64,000 nt of DNA from sequence record NC_055733.1; one strand, 5' to 3'. The notes under the pieces are model-generated. The model had not been told where the DNA came from. It searched no databases and saw nothing but the letters and a program-made list of their open reading frames with translations. Positions 56,460 to 64,000 of the stretch are shown one piece after another (within the stretch, counting starts at the first letter, position 1; each line of letters begins with the position of its first letter). The translations under genes were made by a program, and so were the position numbers.

Positions 56460-57002
56460 TTATCGAAAATCCGAAACTTTTGACTGATTCACGCTTTGAT
56501 CTTGTTCTACCGCGGCATTCATCTGAGAGCAGCCTTGCAGCATCATATAAGGATTGGTATGCATTAGATTAGAACCAATCGCAACTCCTTCCTCGAATCC
56601 AGCTTGAACTTTAGCGGCATCATAGTTCGGATTCTTTTTCGCTTCTTCAATCATTCGAGTTCGGAACACGTTGTAATAAGCATTGTTGCTCATACGCGCT
56701 TGGGCACACTTACTGGTAATTCCAAGACCGCGACCGATGTTATATGAGAATGATTCGGCTTCTTGCTTGGCAATATTATCATCGATTCGCTTTTGATCTT
56801 CTACTGCCCAAGCTTTATACTCAGCTTCTTGTTTGTTGCGGATCTCGCGCTCTTGCAAATTGATAGCCAGTTGCTTGTCTTGCTCTTCCAATTGCTTGAG
56901 ATAAACTACCTGTTGGTGTTGAGCGTCGATATCATACTGATCGGACGGCATAGAAGCGCAACCAGTCAACATAAGTCCAGCGAGAATAATCAAACGTTTC
57001 AT
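56460..57002 (-). CDS. lipoprotein
   Basis: Lipobox LTGC after MKRLIILAGLM. Confidence 0.78.
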   Translation of the reverse strand: MKRLIILAGLMLTGCASMPSDQYDIDAQHQQVVYLKQLEEQDKQLAINLQEREIRNKQEAEYKAWAVEDQKRIDDNIAKQEAESFSYNIGRGLGITSKCAQARMSNNAYYNVFRTRMIEEAKKNPNYDAAKVQAGFEEGVAIGSNLMHTNPYMMLQGCSQMNAAVEQDQSVNQSKVSDFR

Positions 57003-57322
57003 TTTGCACCTACACAGTTAGCGAAACTACGAAAATTCACGTTATCAAGTTCTACCATAACGCGATCATTTTTCAACACAACATCTTGGCCGGATTTGCT
57101 TGCGATCTCTTCTTTACTCATTTCAAAGAATACATGAGTCGGATCAACCGGATTAAACGGGTCGGTACCATAATCAGTAACAGCTACACCAGATTTGGTG
57201 CCAACAGTTGCATACGAAATCAGGGTATGGCTTTCTTTGTCATGTTTAACAAAAGTCTGGCACTCAATATGAGCAGCATTTACACTGATAGAAAACAAAG
57301 CAAGGATAATCAATTTTTTCAT
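56999..57322 (-). CDS. exported protein
   Basis: MKKLIILALFSISVNA| signal peptide; two Cys. Confidence 0.72.
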   Translation of the reverse strand: MKKLIILALFSISVNAAHIECQTFVKHDKESHTLISYATVGTKSGVAVTDYGTDPFNPVDPTHVFFEMSKEEIASKSGQDVVLKNDRVMVELDNVNFRSFANCVGAK

Positions 57323-57447
57323 TTTGTTTCGCGACCCACTAACGATAGCTCTAAGAATGCCCCCATTCACCTAGCACAAACAATTAATTTAAGTTAAAAA
57401 TTAGTGTAAAGAAAAGAGCTACCGTTAGTGGGTCCCGTCTCCCACTG

Positions 57448-57981
57448 TTAGTTCAGATAAGTCGTTGCAGTTGATACGCAATCAGCAACCATGGAACTCA
57501 TGTCTTTGATATCAACGGCATAGCCACCAATCAAAGATGTGTCGTCTTGAACACCGATATAAACTTCTTTGGTAGCGTATTTTTCGACGCTTGCGGTTAC
57601 ACCGTTGGAAGATTTGTATTCGTGCTGATAAAATTGATCGTCAACAAGTTCAGAAACATCACCAGCGGCAACGAGTTTGATTTGACGCGCAAACTCAACG
57701 GCAGTATCTTTGCCCATCGCAGAGAACATAGGCATAACTGCTTGTTGTCCTTCGAGCATATACCCGATCATAACAACAGTGTTTGATTTCAGATTCACGC
57801 CGATGCCGAGTTGTTCTGGACCAGCTTCTCCTTGAAAATCGATAGTACAAACGTTGGCACTATGTTTTGTTGATAGTTGTGCTTGAACTTCGTCCATAGT
57901 CAGTTGGGTGAAGTTTTCAGCGGGAGAGGCATTCGCTACACAAGAGAAGCCGAGAAGCATTGCAAGTAATGTCTTTTTCAT
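57448..57981 (-). CDS. exported protein
   Basis: MKKTLLAMLLGFSCVANA| signal peptide. Confidence 0.75.
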   Translation of the reverse strand: MKKTLLAMLLGFSCVANASPAENFTQLTMDEVQAQLSTKHSANVCTIDFQGEAGPEQLGIGVNLKSNTVVMIGYMLEGQQAVMPMFSAMGKDTAVEFARQIKLVAAGDVSELVDDQFYQHEYKSSNGVTASVEKYATKEVYIGVQDDTSLIGGYAVDIKDMSSMVADCVSTATTYLN

Positions 57982-58001
57982 GATAATTCTCTTTAGTTAG
58001 G

Positions 58002-58322
58002 TTATTTGACTATGGTAATCTCTTTTGCCACATCAGTCAATGTATTTTTGAAATTTTTTGCGATTTCGAGTTCAGTTTCACCAAATACTTGGACGATTTG
58101 CCACATGTAAATGGTATCAAAATCGGAAGTCTCATGAGAATAAACACTTCTCAGAACTACCCAGTGATCCGAATATTTGTATTCAGGCGAACCCCACCTA
58201 TGACTGATTCGTTGACGTTTAGTAGCAAACGCAACAGCATAAGCACCGCGAGGAACAGGACCTTGGTATGTGCTATCACTGATATCATATTGTTCATCCC
58301 TAAAATAATATTTCATAATCAT
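58002..58322 (-). CDS. hypothetical protein (106 aa)
   Basis: ATGA coupling. Confidence 0.68.
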   Translation of the reverse strand: MIMKYYFRDEQYDISDSTYQGPVPRGAYAVAFATKRQRISHRWGSPEYKYSDHWVVLRSVYSHETSDFDTIYMWQIVQVFGETELEIAKNFKNTLTDVAKEITIVK

Positions 58323-58780
58323 TCCTCAAATGTAAGAAGTGTGATAACTCGATCATCTTGGCGAATGATTCGAACGTCGTCGGGAGGATTTTTAACATAT
58401 TCCCGAATCTCATTTTGTAGTCTATCGGTGAACATACCATGACGATTAGCCCAACGGATTTTCATCATATCACTATCAGTAGGACAATAATAGCCATATT
58501 CTAGTTTAATCTGTTCTTCATCAAACTTGTAGTTTCGAACTCGCTCCATATAACGAACGAGAAAATGATCCGACAGATTCAAGCATCCAACAGTTCGCCA
58601 CGTATTATAACAAAAGTTATCTTTTATTCTTCCGTTAGCCCAGTCACCCGGCAAAACAGTTCGTTCCACGCTGTTCAGAATGCGGTGGCTTTCTGCGATA
58701 CAATCATTAATTCGTTGAATTTCTTGATTGATTTTCAGAACTTTTGCCGGGCGTACCCTTCTCAGTCTACGCCCTTGCAT
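58319..58780 (-). CDS. hypothetical protein (153 aa, LSDHFLVRYMERV toxin-RNase-like motif)
   Basis: The S.H...R..ER pattern is weakly reminiscent of RelE-like folds. Confidence 0.6.
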   Translation of the reverse strand: MQGRRLRRVRPAKVLKINQEIQRINDCIAESHRILNSVERTVLPGDWANGRIKDNFCYNTWRTVGCLNLSDHFLVRYMERVRNYKFDEEQIKLEYGYYCPTDSDMMKIRWANRHGMFTDRLQNEIREYVKNPPDDVRIIRQDDRVITLLTFEE

Positions 58781-58782
58781 AC

Positions 58783-59370
58783 TTATTTCCCAATATAAAA
58801 GTCAATTGCTTTATGCGGGTCAAAAAAGATTTTAACTCCGGCATCCGATACATCACATTCATTGCCGTTGTCAGTTCTTTTAAAATAATGCCGAGTTTCG
58901 GTATGATCGCAATACCAAGTCTTACCGTCGATCTCTCGCGTTTCTCTAGTATTGTTACTATACACTTTATGATCCCTAATTTCAATAGGCATCTGTCTGA
59001 TTTCGTTATGATAGAAAACCGCATATTTGAGTTCTACCGTTGAATCCATACGAAGCAAAACAGATTCATACTTGGTCAACTCCATGTTATTGAGTCGATT
59101 CGCGTATGCCATTGCCTCATGTTCGGTGTTAAACACACGATTGACATTATACGGCTCATAATGAGCACCTTCCATGGTGATATTAAAATCACCGTAGAAT
59201 ATTTCTCGAAAGCTACCGGTTCCTGTTAGCTGAATTGTAGTCTTTCTGTCATGAATCGCAACAACTTTACCAGATACACACGACGCTACCAATCGATCAT
59301 TCTTTTTCACAACAGAAATGGCATACAATGTCTTTTCATATTGGATTTGTGATTTCTTTGTAACTAACAT
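58783..59370 (-). CDS. hypothetical protein (195 aa)
   Basis: SD GAGG. Confidence 0.68.
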   Translation of the reverse strand: MLVTKKSQIQYEKTLYAISVVKKNDRLVASCVSGKVVAIHDRKTTIQLTGTGSFREIFYGDFNITMEGAHYEPYNVNRVFNTEHEAMAYANRLNNMELTKYESVLLRMDSTVELKYAVFYHNEIRQMPIEIRDHKVYSNNTRETREIDGKTWYCDHTETRHYFKRTDNGNECDVSDAGVKIFFDPHKAIDFYIGK

Positions 59371-59426
59371 GATGATTCCTCTTGTTTTTGACAATAGGCA
59401 CTCGTTGGAGTGCCCATCAGCAACAC

Positions 59427-60065
59427 TTAGATCAAATCAAACACGCTTACAACTTTCTTGGCAAACACCGGAACTTCGGTAACACGGAGAGTTTTCATGA
59501 TTTCACGAATGGTCTCTTCGGTAGCTGGTACCATTTTGCCGTTGTTTTCAACGTAGAACTCAGAAGCGTCGAAACCAGACGCTTGTGCGATCTTGGTTTC
59601 AATTTTGATATGTTCTACCGGTTTAACAGCGACCGGAGCAACGACTTCCATTTTCACATTAGCCATAGGGAATTCATGACCGATATATGGGAAGCTCTTA
59701 GAGAACTCGATTGCGCCACCAGTGAAATTCTCTACTTTCGGAGTAAACGCACCACTACGAATGATATCCAGATTCATGACTTCGGTAATCTGAGTTTCAC
59801 CCAAGTTGTTCAGAGTCTTTGACACAATGTAGCCAACAGAAACAGAAGAGTTCGGGCGACGAATAGCAAGACGGCGATAGCAGCCAGTTGAATCCATATA
59901 CCACATCGCACCGATAGTATAAGTAGGATATACTTTGTCGATAGTGCCAGGAGTGTTACCTTTGGATTTACCCAGACCGGTAACTTTACCAAACACGCCA
60001 GCAAACTTACCAGCAGTTACCATAACCAGAGTGCCAACTTTGTGTTTGTGATTTACGTTTTGCAT
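59427..60065 (-). CDS. KOW-motif-containing hypothetical protein
   Basis: VGTLVMVTAGKFAGVFGKV; own promoter cassette. Confidence 0.65.
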   Translation of the reverse strand: MQNVNHKHKVGTLVMVTAGKFAGVFGKVTGLGKSKGNTPGTIDKVYPTYTIGAMWYMDSTGCYRRLAIRRPNSSVSVGYIVSKTLNNLGETQITEVMNLDIIRSGAFTPKVENFTGGAIEFSKSFPYIGHEFPMANVKMEVVAPVAVKPVEHIKIETKIAQASGFDASEFYVENNGKMVPATEETIREIMKTLRVTEVPVFAKKVVSVFDLI

Positions 60066-60170
60066 TTTTAATCTCTCAGTTTGTTTCGATGTGGATATAT
60101 TAACAGGATGATTTTGTCTGTCAACTACTTTTTTCGACAATGGACACTAATTAAAGTGCCCATTAGCAAA

Positions 60171-60591
60171 TTACGCAGTAACGAAATCGGCGATGATACG
60201 CGGATTAGCAATGTGACCGCTCAGTTTCCAGATAGAAACGGTTTCTGTAGGATTCTTGATCTTGTGCTCACGCGCTACTTCCATAGCCTGCTTGTCGGTC
60301 ATCGGACTCATAAACACGCTTTGACCGTCGGCTTTGGTGATCTGAACAATAGAAGTCAGTTTACCTTGTTTGACACCAACACCAATATCACTCATGATTT
60401 GTTTGGCTTCGGTATCGCTAATCTCGTCCAGAGACTTGACACTCAGATAAACACGCTTGCCATCAATGCGCAGAACACCGGAACAAACACCATCACGCCA
60501 GGTATAGTCTTCCATCTTGCAACAGCGCATGATGTTTAGATTTTACGTTGTTAACACGTACCATACCACGATAAGAAGTTTTTACAGTCAT
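60171..60591 (-). CDS. hypothetical protein (possible +1 shift near 60510)
   Basis: The SD-preceded ATG at 60591 stops after 32 aa; the 119-aa ORF continues in the +1 frame. Confidence 0.55.
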
Positions 60592-60599
60592 TTTTCACC

Positions 60600-60752
60600 T
60601 CAGATAAATTTAAATGTTTTGAATTCTTCTTGACTCAGTTGCACTACCATATCTTTTTCGATACAGAGATTTGAATACAGGTCCAGTTTATCAGCTTTCA
60701 CCAGTATGTCAATGATTTTATCGAACTTTTCTTTTGCCAAACGAATAGTCAT
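60600..60752 (-). CDS. hypothetical protein (50 aa)
   Basis: TAATG coupling. Confidence 0.5.
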   Translation of the reverse strand: MTIRLAKEKFDKIIDILVKADKLDLYSNLCIEKDMVVQLSQEEFKTFKFI

Positions 60753-61015
60753 TACATGTCCTCCAGAATAACAATCTCGCGGTCTTTCGGGTTTGCGTCA
60801 TAGTCAAAGAAAGACATTTTACCGTCTTTACGAACAGTCAGATAACCCAGATGATTATCAACTTGCTCGATTGTGTAGCCGTTTTCTTTCAGGAACATCA
60901 CCACTTCTTGGTGCGCGTGAGTGCGACCACAACCAGTCCAGTCAATCACAGCAGCTTTGGCACCAGAGTTAGTAGAAACAAACAGAGCGTTGCGAATGTT
61001 ATTCGGATTAAACAT
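60752..61015 (-). CDS. hypothetical protein (87 aa)
   Basis: Promoter/stem-loop cassette upstream. Confidence 0.65.
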   Translation of the reverse strand: MFNPNNIRNALFVSTNSGAKAAVIDWTGCGRTHAHQEVVMFLKENGYTIEQVDNHLGYLTVRKDGKMSFFDYDANPKDREIVILEDM

Positions 61016-61078
61016 GACGATTTTCTCTCGTTGTTGTCTTGATGTGGCTCATTATACAGTAACAAGCCACACAGTCAA

Positions 61079-61438
61079 TCACTTTTTGGAAGATTTCACG
61101 AGTTTTGGATTATAGTGCCAAGAGTTGATTTTCTTGCCGTTAAGCACGTAATTGCCAAACTCGATGCCATGAGTTTCCAACATATACTTGATATTTGCAT
61201 CTGTTTGTTTGAACACTTCTCGGACATTGCGCTCCCAAGTCTCAATCCAGCGAGTTTTCGAAGTCTCGTTGGTCTTGTCGTCCTTGCGATCAAACATGTC
61301 CAGATATTCGTTAAACTTAGAGTTCGACCGAAGTTGATCTACCATGTCGTTGTTGCTGAATTTCAGAAACGGAATCCGTTTGATTTCGCAAATAGCATAC
61401 AGTTCAACGGCAGCTTTTACGCTCATTTTATTTTTCAT
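61079..61438 (-). CDS. hypothetical protein (119 aa)
   Basis: ATGA coupling. Confidence 0.65.
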   Translation of the reverse strand: MKNKMSVKAAVELYAICEIKRIPFLKFSNNDMVDQLRSNSKFNEYLDMFDRKDDKTNETSKTRWIETWERNVREVFKQTDANIKYMLETHGIEFGNYVLNGKKINSWHYNPKLVKSSKK

Positions 61439-61914
61439 TTCGAAGTCTCCACAAGAACTTTCATACCGGCTGGAACAGTAACTACCAGGCAATCACGATA
61501 CATACGGGTTGTCGGCAAAGACATTTCTTCCTTATCGAACAGTTTGGACAAGTCATTCTGTTTTGACTCCTGTTTCATGGTCCAAGCTTCACCGTCGTGG
61601 AAAATTCCTTGTTTGTTGAATTTTATCTTCGATGTGGCAGGACGCAGCAACTCACGAACTATTGATTTCCAACGAGGACGACGGTCAACTTGATTAGGAT
61701 TTTTTGGATTTGGACCAGTGATTAACATCAGGTCAGGACACCGATTAAGTGCATCAACGAACACCGGGTCTCGCTCAAGTACACCATACATCATTGTTGG
61801 AGTAACCCTTTTAGTTTTTACCAATGACAGAAATACAGTCATAATATAGGTCTTGATTTCATTCCGCACATCACTGGAAACAGTTGGATGTCGATTTTTT
61901 AAAACTTGTGTCAT
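61435..61914 (-). CDS. hypothetical protein (159 aa)
   Basis: SD GAGG. Confidence 0.68.
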   Translation of the reverse strand: MTQVLKNRHPTVSSDVRNEIKTYIMTVFLSLVKTKRVTPTMMYGVLERDPVFVDALNRCPDLMLITGPNPKNPNQVDRRPRWKSIVRELLRPATSKIKFNKQGIFHDGEAWTMKQESKQNDLSKLFDKEEMSLPTTRMYRDCLVVTVPAGMKVLVETSK

Positions 61915-61916
61915 TA

Positions 61917-62066
61917 TTAACCTCTTACGTTTTTAATTACAGATGAACCGATATCAGCGATTGTGCCAATCACGGCGATAAGTAGAATGATTATTCCAAC
62001 ACAGAAACCCAGGAGTGTCAATGCAATATATGCCCAGTTTTCCATAATCCAGTGAACAATTGACAT
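61917..62066 (-). CDS. single-TM protein (49 aa)
   Basis: MSIVHWIMENWAYIALTLLGFCVGIIILLIAVIG... Confidence 0.55.
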   Translation of the reverse strand: MSIVHWIMENWAYIALTLLGFCVGIIILLIAVIGTIADIGSSVIKNVRG

Positions 62067-62073
62067 AAAAGAA

Positions 62074-62415
62074 TCAAGCATTCAAATGCTCCTTCAAAAC
62101 TCGAATATGTTCAGGACTAAGTCCACGAAGACTCTTCTTAACTTCTTCCAGTAGATTATGATCTCGATTTGCGCTTTCGTCAACAACAACCTTATAAGAT
62201 TCACCAAAAGATTTTGTAACTTTCACTCCGTTAGCTTCTTTCATATGATCCGCATTGAGGATCTCTACCGGTTGAAAAGTATAGGTGTAATACGGATTCT
62301 TTCCCTGCAATAACAGAAGACTTACAATCCGCTTGATCTCTCCGCTATAAACACCAAGCTGACGAACGGAGCGACCTTCACAATCGCCCTCAGTTGAAAC
62401 ACGATACGTTGCCAT
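62074..62415 (-). CDS. hypothetical protein (113 aa)
   Basis: SD AGGAG; STEGDCEGRS motif. Confidence 0.68.
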   Translation of the reverse strand: MATYRVSTEGDCEGRSVRQLGVYSGEIKRIVSLLLLQGKNPYYTYTFQPVEILNADHMKEANGVKVTKSFGESYKVVVDESANRDHNLLEEVKKSLRGLSPEHIRVLKEHLNA

Positions 62416-62424
62416 GATAACTCC

Positions 62425-62622
62425 TTAGATTTTGAATTTCACACATTCCGACCCGTGAATCACAATCACAGTTTGACGACGACGCCAGAATTGGTACCAT
62501 TTCACCTTAGCATACTCGGCCATTTGCATTACCTCTTCAACTGACGCGGAAGTAACGGAAATTTCACCGTTTGGCAGAGTCATCATAACTTGATCATTCA
62601 CGATTTGCAGATTCATAATCAT
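62425..62622 (-). CDS. hypothetical protein (65 aa)
   Basis: SD GAGG. Confidence 0.6.
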   Translation of the reverse strand: MIMNLQIVNDQVMMTLPNGEISVTSASVEEVMQMAEYAKVKWYQFWRRRQTVIVIHGSECVKFKI

Positions 62623-62772
62623 TTCCTCAATTAAGTTGATTCAGAGCACTTGACAGGGCTTCGGCATACGCTATTGCAAATCCCATCATCATTATAAAGA
62701 ATGCGACTTTCATTTTGTTTGTCCGATTTCGTCTTGACGTGGACATCATATCAGGATGTCCACGAGTGTCAA

Positions 62773-63273
62773 TCAAATATCGAAAAGATTTTCTAAAGAA
62801 TTTTGCTTTACTATGCCACGAGCTTCTAACAGCCAGTCTGGATATTTTCTACCCTCGCTGATATCAGTGTGATCGATTGTGTTACAATACGCAATGTTAT
62901 TCAGCGCAATATCTCGGATTTCATCTGTCTGCCAATCACTGGTTAGATTGAGTTCAGCTAATAACGCTCCAATTCGAGCTATAATCGCTTCCCAGTTATC
63001 TCGCATATACTCACAAGCATAAACATCGGAAACAGCTTGGATCGCGTTGGACCGAGTTACGCCGGCTTTCTTGATCTTACGCTCGATAACTCTAACAACA
63101 AAATTACCGTCGCCAGCAGCAGGCTCAAACATGGTAACGCCGAGATTATCCACGTCCGATACCATATCAATCATATGATCAACGATATGAATAGGAGTAA
63201 AAACTTCGTCGGTTTTCTTTTGTCGATCACGACTGATTGGACCAGTAAACGTTCTCGCATCATCTTTTATCAT
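62773..63273 (-). CDS. SAM-binding half (motifs X, I-III) of a split amino-DNA methyltransferase
   Basis: RDRQKKTDEVFTP, FEPAAGDGN, YACEYM and IAYCNT...GRKYPDWL; paralogous to the C-terminal third of 49879-51126. Confidence 0.85.
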   Translation of the reverse strand: MIKDDARTFTGPISRDRQKKTDEVFTPIHIVDHMIDMVSDVDNLGVTMFEPAAGDGNFVVRVIERKIKKAGVTRSNAIQAVSDVYACEYMRDNWEAIIARIGALLAELNLTSDWQTDEIRDIALNNIAYCNTIDHTDISEGRKYPDWLLEARGIVKQNSLENLFDI

Positions 63274-63285
63274 AATTATCTCCAA

Positions 63286-63308
63286 AGAAAAAGGGGCCGC
63301 AGCCCCTT
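63286..63308 (-). terminator. intrinsic terminator-like hairpin between the two methyltransferase halves
   Basis: aaggggc-tgcg-gcccctt-ttt. Confidence 0.7.
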
Positions 63309-63312
63309 TATA

Positions 63313-63999
63313 TTATCGTACCAATTCAGCAAAATCAACCGGAATTGCATTTCTTTGTTCTTCGGTGATGCCAAAATGGTTGAACAACTTTTCATCGTCC
63401 CAAGACTGGGTGAAATCAAGCCACGGAATGGATTTCAACTCACCTCGGTGTAGATTTCCGTTCATTTTCAGCGTTGCCAGACACGAGCGAAAAAAGAGTG
63501 TTTTGGTATACGATAGGAAATTGTCTGCCTCTTCCTTGGTAGAAAATTCCCAAGATAACCAGCTATTGTTAGTCAGTCTTGAATCCGATACTACCGCATT
63601 TGTAAATCGTTTCCATAGAGTACATACGAACCATTTTCCATTTTTGTATTCCGGTTCGTTATCTCCATTCATATACTTATGATCATCAACGCTATCCGCG
63701 AACGTGATATTATAAAATGGAAGAAGCCATTCGCCGTACATGTTTACTTGATCTATCGTTTCGGCTGTGTATTTTCCATGTTTTGCAATAACTCGAACGC
63801 GATCCAACTTCGTGAGCTTATTGATATAGGTAATTCCAACCGGAGACGAAATATCAGCAGAGAAACAATCAAATCCGATATATTCCCATGAGCAGTCATA
63901 TTTGGAAACATATGTTAGAAATGCCTTGGCATCATTAGAACGACGAACTTCCTTTCTGTTTGTGATTGTGCTACACGGATGAATAGCAACAACGCGATC
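63313..63999 (-). CDS. catalytic/TRD half of the split methyltransferase (5' end beyond the window)
   Basis: Frame open to the window edge: DRVVAIHPCSTITNRK...FSTKEEADNFLSYTKT...LKMNGNLHRGELKSIPWLDFTQSWDDEKLF; paralogous to the N-terminal two-thirds of 49879-51126. Confidence 0.82.
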   Translation of the reverse strand, partial: DRVVAIHPCSTITNRKEVRRSNDAKAFLTYVSKYDCSWEYIGFDCFSADISSPVGITYINKLTKLDRVRVIAKHGKYTAETIDQVNMYGEWLLPFYNITFADSVDDHKYMNGDNEPEYKNGKWFVCTLWKRFTNAVVSDSRLTNNSWLSWEFSTKEEADNFLSYTKTLFFRSCLATLKMNGNLHRGELKSIPWLDFTQSWDDEKLFNHFGITEEQRNAIPVDFAELVR

Positions 64000-64000
64000 T

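Noticed and set aside
169-63891. The many plus-strand ORFs in the track (e.g. 169-993, 4078-4833, 42867-43733, 44350-45195)
   Set aside because: They are antisense shadows of well-supported minus-strand genes, with no SDs, motifs or intergenic placement.
1-64000. tRNA genes, rRNA, CRISPR arrays, IS elements, integrase
   Set aside because: No T-loop/D-loop cloverleaf, regularly spaced direct repeats or transposase/integrase motifs were seen by eye; tRNAscan and CRISPR finders were not run.

Overview
64 kb of a T4-like (Straboviridae) lytic myophage genome with essentially all real genes on the minus strand. It runs from rIIA and the topoisomerase large subunit (39+60) through the core replication/recombination block (61, 41, 40, uvsX, 43, regA, 62, 44, 45, 46, 47, 55) and nucleotide metabolism (dexA, dUTPase, nrdH/C, grcA, nrdG/D, nrdB/A, endonuclease VII) into a roughly 26 kb hyperplastic accessory region. 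A dUTPase sits where T4 has dCTPase, there is no gene 42 or beta-gt between uvsX and 43, gp46 is long, and promoters are sigma70-like. This points to a non-hmC phage, possibly an Aeromonas phage of the Aeh1 type (recollection, not verified by search). At least ten genes are broken by single-base shifts, mostly at short homopolymers, including essential ones, so the assembly probably has indel errors. The most notable observations are: (i) two oppositely oriented copies of an intergenic ~120-bp element with a 70/70 identical AT-rich core and covarying flanking hairpins, which looks origin-like, with an SF2-helicase-like gene nearby; (ii) an amino-methyltransferase present both as a fused, circularly permuted gene and as a split two-gene paralogue; (iii) a HAD / methyltransferase / GT-A glycosyltransferase cluster plus a P-loop kinase cassette at the a-gt locus, suggesting an unexplained DNA-modification pathway; (iv) a 28-aa type IV prepilin-like peptide missed by the ORF track; (v) a late-promoter gene with a capsid-targeting-like N-terminus; (vi) repeated promoter/stem-loop cassettes. 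No tRNA, rRNA or CRISPR array was recognised.
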